NCBI GenBank assembly: GCA_016873475.1
Contig: VGXI01000001.1
Span: 2,079-66,078 of the forward strand
Direction: 5' to 3'
Length of the DNA stretch: 64,000 bases
Source: a bacterium
GTDB lineage: Bacteria > Krumholzibacteriota > Krumholzibacteriia > JACNKJ01
In this document: positions 53,324 through 61,669 of the stretch, piece by piece
Layout of the letters: each line of letters opens with the position of its first letter
How positions within the stretch are numbered: position 1 is the first letter of the stretch
Translations under genes and position numbers: made by a program
The notes under the pieces: generated by a model
Told to the model about the DNA's origin: nothing
Seen by the model: the letters and a program-made list of their open reading frames with translations, nothing else
Databases searched by the model: none

Positions 53324-54850
53324 TCAATCTCCGCGCGCCTGGCCGCGGTGGATGGTGGCGCGCAGCGGAGCGCCGGCGGCGAGCGCGAGGCGCCAGCGCC
53401 CCGCACCGGCCGCAGTGCCGGCCCCGCGCAATTGCAGGTTCCCTGCCAGCTCCAGCTCGATCTCGCCCGCCGCGGCCAGTGCGAGCGCCCAGACGCCCTC
53501 GCGTTCGGGGGCAACGGTCAGCTCCCTCAGCGGGCCGCGCAGCGCGCTCAGGCCGCCGCGCAGCTCGAGCTGCGCCTCCGGCCCCGGATCGAGCAGCTCG
53601 AGCGCGAGCGCGGGCGGCGCGTCCGCGGCGCCCGGCAGGAAGCGCGTCGCCCGGTAGCGGCGGTTGCAGCGAATGGCGCGCGTGAGATAGGGAGGCAGCG
53701 TGTAGTCGCGATACTCGCCCGCGTTCCCGGCCAGGCCGTCCTCGGCCGCGCGCAGGATGTTGTAGCACTCCCGCGCGTTCACGAAGTGCAGGCGCCAGCG
53801 CTCGCCGTCGTTGTACTCGCCGCAGAGGGTCTCGAACATCCGCGCCGCGCCTTCTCCGAGCAGCGCGTCGCGGTGGCGCTCGGGTGCCCCGTGCGTGTGC
53901 ACCTTGACGACGATCCACTCCGGCCGCCCCGCCACGTGGATGCCCGTGTTCACCCAGCCGCGCACGCGCGCCGGCGTGCCCGGGCCTTCGCCGGTGACGT
54001 CCGCGTCCTCCACGCTGAAGAAGGGAAAGCGCCGCCGCGCGCGCAGGCCGATGGGCCCCGTGATCAGCGCGAACTCGTCCGGCGCCGGCCGGCGGCCGGC
54101 CTGCATCAGCGGTCCGTCGTCGTAGCTCTTGGGGGCGCGCGGGTCGTCGATGGCGCGGTAGAGCGCGTTCACGCGCCGCGGCTGCGCGGCGTAGAGGCTG
54201 GGGAAGGTGAAGTCCCCGTAGCAGCCCGTCTCGCGCAGGATCGTCAGCTCGTCGTCGACGCCGCAGTACTCGGCCCGGCTGTTGTCCAGGGCCCAGTTGC
54301 CGTGGATGAAGCCGTAGGCCCGCCGCACCGGATCGCCCTGCATCAGGAATACGCCGTAGTCGGCGTAGCGCTCGAGCGTCTCCTCGAGCAAGGCGCGCAG
54401 GCTCTCGCTCGTGTCGTGGTCGTGGTGCAGGTGCAGCTCCGTCTCGCCGACGCCCTGCCAGTCCATGGCGGCCAGGCCAAGGAGGTACTCCTCGCGGAAG
54501 TAGTGCGGCGGGAAGAAGAAGCCGTGCTGCGGGTGGCGGCCCTCGGCGTCGGCGAAGCGGCGCGCGAGAGGCGGATAGAGCTCGGTCCAGGCGGCGAAGC
54601 GCGCGCGGGCGCGCCCCAAGTCGGCGCCCTTGGTGCCCGGCTCGAAGTGGTCGACGAAGCAGAAGAGCAGATCGCGCGTGGTGCCCGGCGGCACGGCGGG
54701 CGGCCGGCCGCCGAGGGCGAGGCGCCGCTCGAGCCAGGGGGCGAGCCAAAGATCGAAGCGCAGCAGCGCCGCCCGGCGCGGCTGGACGAGGCCGAAGAGG
54801 CCGGCGCCGGCGCGGGCCGCGGCAAGGAGCGCCGCGCGCCGCGCGCTCAT
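53324..54850 (-). CDS. Conserved hypothetical protein of the EPS locus (His-rich HLHHDHDT/HGNWALDN motifs; possible metal-dependent hydrolase)
   Basis: 508-aa ORF with consistent coding bias between the deacetylase and a glycosyltransferase. Family not recognised from sequence alone. Confidence 0.4.
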   Translation of the reverse strand: MSARRAALLAAARAGAGLFGLVQPRRAALLRFDLWLAPWLERRLALGGRPPAVPPGTTRDLLFCFVDHFEPGTKGADLGRARARFAAWTELYPPLARRFADAEGRHPQHGFFFPPHYFREEYLLGLAAMDWQGVGETELHLHHDHDTSESLRALLEETLERYADYGVFLMQGDPVRRAYGFIHGNWALDNSRAEYCGVDDELTILRETGCYGDFTFPSLYAAQPRRVNALYRAIDDPRAPKSYDDGPLMQAGRRPAPDEFALITGPIGLRARRRFPFFSVEDADVTGEGPGTPARVRGWVNTGIHVAGRPEWIVVKVHTHGAPERHRDALLGEGAARMFETLCGEYNDGERWRLHFVNARECYNILRAAEDGLAGNAGEYRDYTLPPYLTRAIRCNRRYRATRFLPGAADAPPALALELLDPGPEAQLELRGGLSALRGPLRELTVAPEREGVWALALAAAGEIELELAGNLQLRGAGTAAGAGRWRLALAAGAPLRATIHRGQARGD

Positions 54851-56037
54851 CGCCGGGCCTCCGGGCCCGGCCCGTTCTGGGCCGCCAGCGCCTGTTCGAC
54901 GCGCCGCCAGTTCTCCTGCCAGGTGTGCCGCTCGCCGACGCGCCGGCGCGCCGCGGCGCCCAGGCGCGCCCGCAGTGCGGGATCCGCGAGCAGCGCGCGC
55001 AGGGCCGCCGTGAGCGGGGCGGGAGGGTCGGCGTCGCGCGCGGCGAAGAGGCGGCCCTCGAGGCCGTCGTCGAGGGCATCGCGCAGAGGCGGCAGGTCGG
55101 GCGCGAGCACCGGCCGGCCCAGGCTCATGTACTCGAAGACCTTCATCGGCGAGCCGTAGTCGTTGCTATCGGGCATGGCGCAGAGGTCCATCGCGGCGAT
55201 CCAGGCCGGCAGCTCGCGATGGGGCAGCGCGCCCGTGAGCAGCGCGTGCTGGGCGAGACCGGCAGCCGCGAGATCCGCCTCGATGCGCGGGCGCTCGGGG
55301 CCGTCGCCGACAAGCAGCAGCTTGCCCGGCAAACCCTCCGCGCGGCAGCGGCGCAGGGCCTCGACGAGACGATCCACGCCGTGCCAGGGGTAGAAGCCGC
55401 CCACGAAGCCCACCACCGGCTCGCCGGCGAGCCGCGCGGGCAGCGCGGCCGGCGCCTGCTTCGCCGCCGCTTCCCACCAGCCGCGGTGGACGGCATTGGG
55501 CATCAGCAGGATGCGCGCCTCGGCCACGCCCTGCGCGCGCACGCGCTGGACGAGGCGGCTCGAGACGGCGGCGACGAGCGCGGCCCGCCGAAAGAGCGCG
55601 GCCTCGCTGCGCCGCGCCTGGCCCATGAGCAGCCCGCTGCGCCGGCGCACGAGCGGGTCGGCCACCGTGTAGTTCACCTCGAGCACGTGCGGGATGCCGA
55701 GCCGCGCGGCCAGCCGCCCGCCCGCGCTGCCGAAGAAGGCATAGCGCTCGTAGAGCAGCTCGGGCTGGAAACGCGCAGCGGCCGCGGCGAGGCGCCCGGC
55801 GAGCCGGCGGTCGTAGGCCTGCTCGGCCAGCTCGAAGAGCAGCTCGGGGGCGCGACGCGCGAAGCGCGCCGCGAGGCCGGGCCGTCCGCCGGCGGCGGGC
55901 GGCGCATAGGGATCGGCGCCCGGCGGGCCGACGAGCGCCACCGCGTGGCCGGCCGCGCGCATCGCGTCCACCATGCCGCGCAGGTGGACGGCCTCGACGC
56001 CGTGTCCCTGGGTCCGGTGCAGGGCGAGGATGCGCAT
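54847..56037 (-). CDS. Glycosyltransferase family 4 (GT-B, group 1)
   Basis: C-terminal GT1 motifs (VGFVGGFYPWHGVDRLVEALR...LLLVGDGPER...SLGRPVLAPDLPPLRD). 4-nt overlap with the upstream gene. Confidence 0.75.
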   Translation of the reverse strand: MRILALHRTQGHGVEAVHLRGMVDAMRAAGHAVALVGPPGADPYAPPAAGGRPGLAARFARRAPELLFELAEQAYDRRLAGRLAAAAARFQPELLYERYAFFGSAGGRLAARLGIPHVLEVNYTVADPLVRRRSGLLMGQARRSEAALFRRAALVAAVSSRLVQRVRAQGVAEARILLMPNAVHRGWWEAAAKQAPAALPARLAGEPVVGFVGGFYPWHGVDRLVEALRRCRAEGLPGKLLLVGDGPERPRIEADLAAAGLAQHALLTGALPHRELPAWIAAMDLCAMPDSNDYGSPMKVFEYMSLGRPVLAPDLPPLRDALDDGLEGRLFAARDADPPAPLTAALRALLADPALRARLGAAARRRVGERHTWQENWRRVEQALAAQNGPGPEARR

Positions 56038-56038
56038 G

Positions 56039-57244
56039 TCAGGCGCGTCCGCGCTCGGCCCGCATGGACTGGATGAGCGCGTGCATCTCGTCGGCGACGT
56101 CCTCCCAGCGGCGGCGGGCGGCGCCCGCGCGGCGGTCGTCGAAGCGAAAGCCCGCCAGCATGCTCAGCATCGCGTCCGTGAGCGGCCAGACCTCGCCGGG
56201 CGGTACCAGCAGGCCGCTCTCGCCCTCGACGACGATCTCCGGAATCCCCCCCACGCGCGAGGCGATCACGGGCCGCCTGGCCGCCAGCGCCTCGACGAGC
56301 ACGTTCGGGTAGCCCTCCATGCGACTGGGCAGGACGAGGCAGTCGCAGGCGCCCAGCCAGCGGGGGATCTCGGCGTGCGGCACGGGCGGCCGTAGCTCGA
56401 CCTGATCGCCCATCCCGAAGCGCGCAATGCGATCGCGCAGCTCCGCTTCGAGATTGCCCGCGCCGATCATCACCAGGCGCGCGCGGCGGCGCTCCATCTC
56501 GGGGATTGCCCGAAAGGCCTGGAGCAGCGTCGTCAGGCCCTTGACCGGCCGCAAGATGCCGACGAACAGGAAGAGGAAGGGCTCCTCGGGCAGACCGAGC
56601 TCGCGCCGGCTCGCCGCGCGCTCGCGGGGCGTGAAGCGCTCGAGGTTGACGCCGTTGGGCATCACGGTGACGCGCTCGGGCGGCAGGCCGAGCTGGGCCA
56701 GGCGATCGCGCAGCGCGCCGCTCACCGCGACCACGCGGTCGGCGCCCCTGAGTGCGTCCAGCGTGAGTCGGCGGCGCGCGAAGCCGCGCGTGAAGAGGTT
56801 CACGTCCGAGCCCCGCACCTTGATCAGGAGCGGCAGCCCGTAACGCTTGGCCAGGCGCATGGCGGCATAGCCGTCGGGAAAGGCGTAGTGCGCAAGCACG
56901 AAGTCGGCCGGCGCCGCCGTGTGCAGGCGCGCGAAGTGCGGCGCGACGCCCCACAGCAGGAAGTCCCCGTAGCAGAAGCGCAGCACGCCGGGCGTCACGA
57001 TGTGGCGCGGGTACTCGACCGCGAAGCCCTCGATGCTGTCGGTGGCCGGCACCGCGCTGAAGGGATAGCGGCTCTTGCCGCGCAGGAAGGGCGGCACCCA
57101 GGGCAGCGGCGCCAGCACACGCAAGTCGTAGCCGTGGCGCTCGCGCAGCGCTTGCGTCTCCTGCAGCACGAACTGCCCGCGCATCCGCTCGATGGCGTTC
57201 GGGAAGAGGTTCGTGATGACGATGCCGCGCCCTGCGCTCTCCAT
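56039..57244 (-). CDS. Glycosyltransferase family 4 (GT-B, group 1)
   Basis: FLFVGILRPVKGLTTLLQAF...LVMIGAGNLEAEL...EGYPNVLVEALAARRPVIASRVGGIPEIV. Start refined to MESAGRGIVITNLF (M77 of the track ORF). Confidence 0.75.
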   Translation of the reverse strand: MESAGRGIVITNLFPNAIERMRGQFVLQETQALRERHGYDLRVLAPLPWVPPFLRGKSRYPFSAVPATDSIEGFAVEYPRHIVTPGVLRFCYGDFLLWGVAPHFARLHTAAPADFVLAHYAFPDGYAAMRLAKRYGLPLLIKVRGSDVNLFTRGFARRRLTLDALRGADRVVAVSGALRDRLAQLGLPPERVTVMPNGVNLERFTPRERAASRRELGLPEEPFLFLFVGILRPVKGLTTLLQAFRAIPEMERRRARLVMIGAGNLEAELRDRIARFGMGDQVELRPPVPHAEIPRWLGACDCLVLPSRMEGYPNVLVEALAARRPVIASRVGGIPEIVVEGESGLLVPPGEVWPLTDAMLSMLAGFRFDDRRAGAARRRWEDVADEMHALIQSMRAERGRA

Positions 57245-57279
57245 GGCTCCTGCTTCGTTCGCTGCTGTCCGGGCCCCGG

Positions 57280-59466
57280 CTAGTCCCGGACGAAGGCCCC
57301 CGGCTCGGTGCCGAGAGCGAGAACCTGCGCCGCAGCACCCTGCCGCTGGATCTCGAGGCGGACGGCGCCGCCCGGCTCCCGCCGCAGCCGGCTGGCCTGG
57401 AGGCCCCCGGCCGGATCGGCCAGCAGGCTCAGGCAGAAGCCGGTCGCCGGCGCGCTGCCGGCCAGGCGCCACTGGAGGGCGGGCCGCCGCTCGCCGTAGC
57501 TGGGGGAAACCCAGCCCGCGGGGCCTTCCTCATCCCCCATCCGGAGGGCGCTGTCAAGTCCCTCTGGCAAGAAGACTTGCAGCCAGAGCCGGGGTTCGGC
57601 CGCCTCGCCGAGGAGCAGGCCGGCCGCTCCGAAGCCCGGCAGGGCGCAGTCGGCGGCCGGCGCCGGGCCCGGCAGAATGCGCAATTCCGGCGCCGCTTGC
57701 CAGAGGAGTGCCACGGGCAGGGGCGTCTCGGCCCGCCAGGCGTCCAGGACCAGGAGCAGATCCGGCGCCAGCAGGGCCAGCCGGCGCCCCACCGCCACGG
57801 GTCGGCCAGCGGCGTCGCGGTCCCCCCGGCGGCGGGCACTCCAGTCGAGCAGGGCCCCGGGCCACGCGGGCGCGCTCTCGGCGAGGTCGGCCTCCGAGCG
57901 CCGCGCCCAGCCGAAGCGGTCCGGCGCCGGCAGGGGCTCCGCCGGATCGCGCTCGCCCACCCGGAGCAGGTTGTGCGCGGCCGCCCCGCGGAAGTGATCC
58001 CGCCAGCGCTGTGGCCCGTTGTAGAGGAAGGTGCCGGCCTCGACCAGCAGCGGCCGACCGCCGAAGGCGGGCGAGAGCGAGAGCGCGTCGGCGTGCCCGT
58101 GCCCGGCGCCGCCGCGGCCCATCGGCCCGGCCTTGACGAGGAGCTGCGCGCCGGGCAGGCCGGCCGCCCCCGCCGGCGCCCCCCAGCGCGCCGTGTGCCA
58201 GCCGGCGGCCGGGAAGCGCTCGACCTGCAAGCCCGGCGCCTCCGCGGGCTGGGCGGCGGGCGCAGCCCCGGCGCCCCCCAGCCAGAGCGCCTCGCCCGCC
58301 AGGGGCCAGGCCGCCGCCTCGGGGACCGTCGCGCCGTAGCGGCGCGCGGCAAGGGCGAGCAGGCCGCGGGCGTCACGGCGCGGGCCGTCCTCGAGGCGCA
58401 GCACGCGGCCGCTGTCGTCGTCGCCGAAGGGGACGAGCAAGCCGTCCGGCGCCGTGAGCGCGGCCAGGGGCCGGCACATCGCGGCCAGGGTGGGCAGCCA
58501 GTCCTCGGCGGCGGGATCCCCGGCCGCGCGTCCCCAGAGCAGGCACTGGAGCAGGAAGTCCAGCACGAAGCGGTGGTAGTCGACGGCCTGCTCGGCGAGC
58601 ACGCCGTCGGCGAGCAGCTGCAGCGGCAGGGGGCGCACGAGGATGGCCCGCCCGCGCGCCTGCCAGTCCGCCGACTCCGGAAAGACCGGCAGGGCCGCGC
58701 CCAGGCAGTAGAGCGCCGCCGCCTCGCCGAGCAGGTGGTTGTTGGCGACGGCCTTCTCCGAGAGGTGCCCCGCCGTGAAGCGGGCGTTCTCGTGCAGGCA
58801 GGCTGCGAGCAGGACGAGCGCCGGCTCGTCGCGCGCCGCGGCGGGCAGGAGCTGCCAGGTCCAGAGCAGCGAGAAGATGCGCAGCCCGCTCTCCAAAACC
58901 GCGATCCAGTGCGGCCCCCAGCCGAAGGGGTTCGCGGCGCGAAAATCGGCGATGAGGGCGAGCGCCGCCGCCGCCCGGGCGCGCGCGGCCGGCGAGTCGG
59001 ATGGCGCGAGGCGCGCGGCGGCCGCCAGCGGCGGGGCCGCCTGCAGGCGACCCAGTTCCCAGAGGCCGCGCACGTCGCCGTGCGCCGTGAAGTCACTGGA
59101 CGAGTAGGCCTCCGCCGGCAGCAGGGGCCAGCGGCCACCGCCCGGCACCTGCCGCCAGTCCAGCGGCGAGGCGGCGGCGAGACGCCCGTCGAAGAAGGGC
59201 CAGCGGCCGGCGAGGGCGTCCTCGGCCAGGGCGGAAAGCCCGCGATCGGCGCCTGGCTGGGCGGCGATCGCCGCCAGGGCCGCTTCATCATGCAGAGGCC
59301 GAAAGGCTGCCGCCAGGGCCGCAGCGTCAGGAACGCCGCCTGGAGAGAAGGTGGGCAGCAGGGCGTCGCCGGCGAGGGCGGCGGCCGGCGGCGGCACGGC
59401 AGGCCGGGGCGCCAGGCGCCCCCGCCAGCGGAGCGCGCTGCGGCGCAGGCGGCCGAGTCCGCGCAT
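57280..59466 (-). CDS. Heparinase II/III-like (alginate-lyase fold) family protein
   Basis: Alpha/alpha-toroid N-terminal region (WGPHWIAVLESGLRIFSLLWTW...NNHLLGEAAALYCLG) and a C-terminal beta-sandwich. Common in EPS/capsule loci. Confidence 0.55.
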   Translation of the reverse strand: MRGLGRLRRSALRWRGRLAPRPAVPPPAAALAGDALLPTFSPGGVPDAAALAAAFRPLHDEAALAAIAAQPGADRGLSALAEDALAGRWPFFDGRLAAASPLDWRQVPGGGRWPLLPAEAYSSSDFTAHGDVRGLWELGRLQAAPPLAAAARLAPSDSPAARARAAAALALIADFRAANPFGWGPHWIAVLESGLRIFSLLWTWQLLPAAARDEPALVLLAACLHENARFTAGHLSEKAVANNHLLGEAAALYCLGAALPVFPESADWQARGRAILVRPLPLQLLADGVLAEQAVDYHRFVLDFLLQCLLWGRAAGDPAAEDWLPTLAAMCRPLAALTAPDGLLVPFGDDDSGRVLRLEDGPRRDARGLLALAARRYGATVPEAAAWPLAGEALWLGGAGAAPAAQPAEAPGLQVERFPAAGWHTARWGAPAGAAGLPGAQLLVKAGPMGRGGAGHGHADALSLSPAFGGRPLLVEAGTFLYNGPQRWRDHFRGAAAHNLLRVGERDPAEPLPAPDRFGWARRSEADLAESAPAWPGALLDWSARRRGDRDAAGRPVAVGRRLALLAPDLLLVLDAWRAETPLPVALLWQAAPELRILPGPAPAADCALPGFGAAGLLLGEAAEPRLWLQVFLPEGLDSALRMGDEEGPAGWVSPSYGERRPALQWRLAGSAPATGFCLSLLADPAGGLQASRLRREPGGAVRLEIQRQGAAAQVLALGTEPGAFVRD

Positions 59467-60641
59467 CAGGCCTCCCTGACGAAGGGGGCAAAGGGCTCGG
59501 GCAGGTTCTCCCCGTGAAAGCGATGGGCCAGGCGCTGCACGATGCGGCGCGCGGCCTGGCCGTCGCCATAGGGATTCACGGCGGCCGCCATCGCGGCGTG
59601 GGCGGCCGGATCGTCGAGCAGGCGGCCCAGTTCGCGCACGATGCGCGCGGGGTCGGTGCCCACGAGGCGCACGGTGCCGGCCTCCACGGCCTCGGGCCGC
59701 TCGGTGACCTCGCGCATCACGAGCACGGGCACGCCGAGGCTCGGCGCCTCCTCCTGCACGCCGCCGCTGTCGGTAACGATCGCGTAGGAGCGCTTCATCA
59801 GGTGCACGAAGGGCGCGTAGTCCAGCGGCTCGCAGAGGACCACGTTCGCGAGCCCGCCGAGGATGCGCGCAGCCGGCTCCTTCACGTTCGGGTTCGGGTG
59901 CACCGGGTAGACGAGCAGGCAGTCCGGGTGCGAGGTCGCGATCGCCGCCAGCGCGGCGAAGGCGCGCTCCAGCGGCGCGCCGAAGGACTCGCGGCGGTGC
60001 GCGGTCATCAGGAGCAGGCGGCGGCCCGTGAGATCGGGCAGCGCGGGCAGTCCGGGCGGCGCCTCGCGGCGCGCGGCCACCGTGAGCAGGGCGTCGATCA
60101 CCGTGTTGCCCGTGACGAGGATGTCGTTGCCGTCCACGCCCTCGCTGCGCAGGTTCCAGGCCGCCTTGTGCGTGGGCGCGAAGTGGAGGTCGGTGAGCAC
60201 GCCGGCGAGATGGCGGTTCTTCTCCTCGGGGAAGGGGCTGTAGCGCTGGCCCGTGCGCAGGCCGGCCTCGACGTGCCCGACGGGGATCTTCAGGTAGTAG
60301 GCGGCCAGGGCGCCGATGAAGGTGGTCGTCGTGTCGCCGTGGACGAGCACCATGTCGGGCGCCAGCTCGCCGAAGGCGCGCTCGAGGCCGCGCAGGGCGC
60401 GCTCGGTGACGTCGAAGAGGCTCTGGCCGGCCTGCATGATGTCCAGGTCGCGGTCGGGCGCGATGTCGAAGAGGCGGAAGACCTGGTCGAGCAGCTCGCG
60501 GTGCTGCGCCGTGGCGACGACGAGGGGCCGCCAGCGGGCCGGCGCGGCCTTCAGCTCGCGGATGACGGGGGCCATCTTGATCGCCTCGGGGCGCGTCCCG
60601 ACGACGACGGCGATGCTGACGGGGGCCTTGCTCGTGCTCAT
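59466..60641 (-). CDS. wecB: UDP-N-acetylglucosamine 2-epimerase (non-hydrolysing), WecB/MnaA family
   Basis: VVVGTRPEAIKMAPVI...VHGDTTTTF...HVEAGLRT...DSGGVQEEAPSLGVPVLVMRE signature. Start refined to MSTSKAPVSIAVVV (M21 of the track ORF). TATAAG -10-like element upstream. Confidence 0.85.
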   Translation of the reverse strand: MSTSKAPVSIAVVVGTRPEAIKMAPVIRELKAAPARWRPLVVATAQHRELLDQVFRLFDIAPDRDLDIMQAGQSLFDVTERALRGLERAFGELAPDMVLVHGDTTTTFIGALAAYYLKIPVGHVEAGLRTGQRYSPFPEEKNRHLAGVLTDLHFAPTHKAAWNLRSEGVDGNDILVTGNTVIDALLTVAARREAPPGLPALPDLTGRRLLLMTAHRRESFGAPLERAFAALAAIATSHPDCLLVYPVHPNPNVKEPAARILGGLANVVLCEPLDYAPFVHLMKRSYAIVTDSGGVQEEAPSLGVPVLVMREVTERPEAVEAGTVRLVGTDPARIVRELGRLLDDPAAHAAMAAAVNPYGDGQAARRIVQRLAHRFHGENLPEPFAPFVREA

Positions 60642-60724
60642 GCGGGGCTCATCTCCGGGCGAATCTTGACACTTATAGCAGCCCGCGCGGGCCGCTGCCA
60701 TGAGAATGGCATGAAATCGCTTGG

Positions 60725-61669
60725 GTGGCGGGCGGCCCTCGTCTAGGCTGCCCGGCGAATCCGGACCGGGAGCGCGGCGTGCAGAATCCGATCCAGCGGG
60801 TGAGCCTGATCTACTGGGAGGCCCTGGCCAGCCTGCGCGCCTGGCGGAACTGGTTTCCGCTCTTGCTCTTCTGGGCGGTGCAGGGCCTGCTGCTCTGGCT
60901 CCTCACCGCGCTCGTCGCCCGGCCGAGCGGCGCCTGGCTGACGCAACTCCTCGTCGCACAGTTCGGCCCCGAGGCGGCCGAGTACCCGCGCCTCTTCCTC
61001 GAGCTGCCCGACCTGCACCGGCGCCTCTACCTGAGCCTCGCCGCCACCCTGGGGATGTATTGCCAGGGCGTGAGTCTGCTGCGGCTGCTGGACTGGCACA
61101 CGGGCGGCAAGCTCAGGCGCGAGTCGCCCTGGCGGCGGGCCTTCGCGCGCTGGCCGGGGCTCGTGCTCATCAACCTCGCGCTGCTCGCCTGCTTCCTGCT
61201 GCCCCTGGCGGCGGTCGAGCGCCTGCTCTTGCCGAGCCTCGGTCCCGGCGGCCCGGCGCGCGTCCTGCTGCTCGGCGCCTACGGGCTGGGCTTCGTCGGC
61301 GCGGTCTTCCTGCTCTACGCGCCCTTTCTCCACGTCGCCTTCAGCAGCGGCTGGCGGCGCGCGATCCGTGAGAGCGCCCGCTTCGCCCGGCGGCACCTGG
61401 GGGTCACCTTGGTGCTGGTCCTCGTGCCCTTCCTGTTCGCCCTGCCGGTGCACGCGTTGACGCTCCTGCGCCGGGTCATCGTGTTCGGCTTCCGGCCCGA
61501 ACTGATGCTGCACATCTTGCTCGCGAGCAGCTTCCTCACCCTGCTCGTGCTCTTCATCGAGCTGTCCACGCTCGTGCGCTACTACGCCGAGGAGGAGTTG
61601 CGCCGGCCCTACGAGGGCGAATGGGATGACAAGCCGGAGCTCGCGCGCCACTACACCGACAGCGGCTAG
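60725..61669 (+). CDS. Integral membrane hypothetical protein (about 8 TM helices)
   Basis: Hydrophobic throughout (LLLFWAVQGLLLWLLTALVA...). Probable start is a GTG at about 60776 after GGGAG. Divergent from wecB. Confidence 0.45.
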   Translation: MAGGPRLGCPANPDRERGVQNPIQRVSLIYWEALASLRAWRNWFPLLLFWAVQGLLLWLLTALVARPSGAWLTQLLVAQFGPEAAEYPRLFLELPDLHRRLYLSLAATLGMYCQGVSLLRLLDWHTGGKLRRESPWRRAFARWPGLVLINLALLACFLLPLAAVERLLLPSLGPGGPARVLLLGAYGLGFVGAVFLLYAPFLHVAFSSGWRRAIRESARFARRHLGVTLVLVLVPFLFALPVHALTLLRRVIVFGFRPELMLHILLASSFLTLLVLFIELSTLVRYYAEEELRRPYEGEWDDKPELARHYTDSG

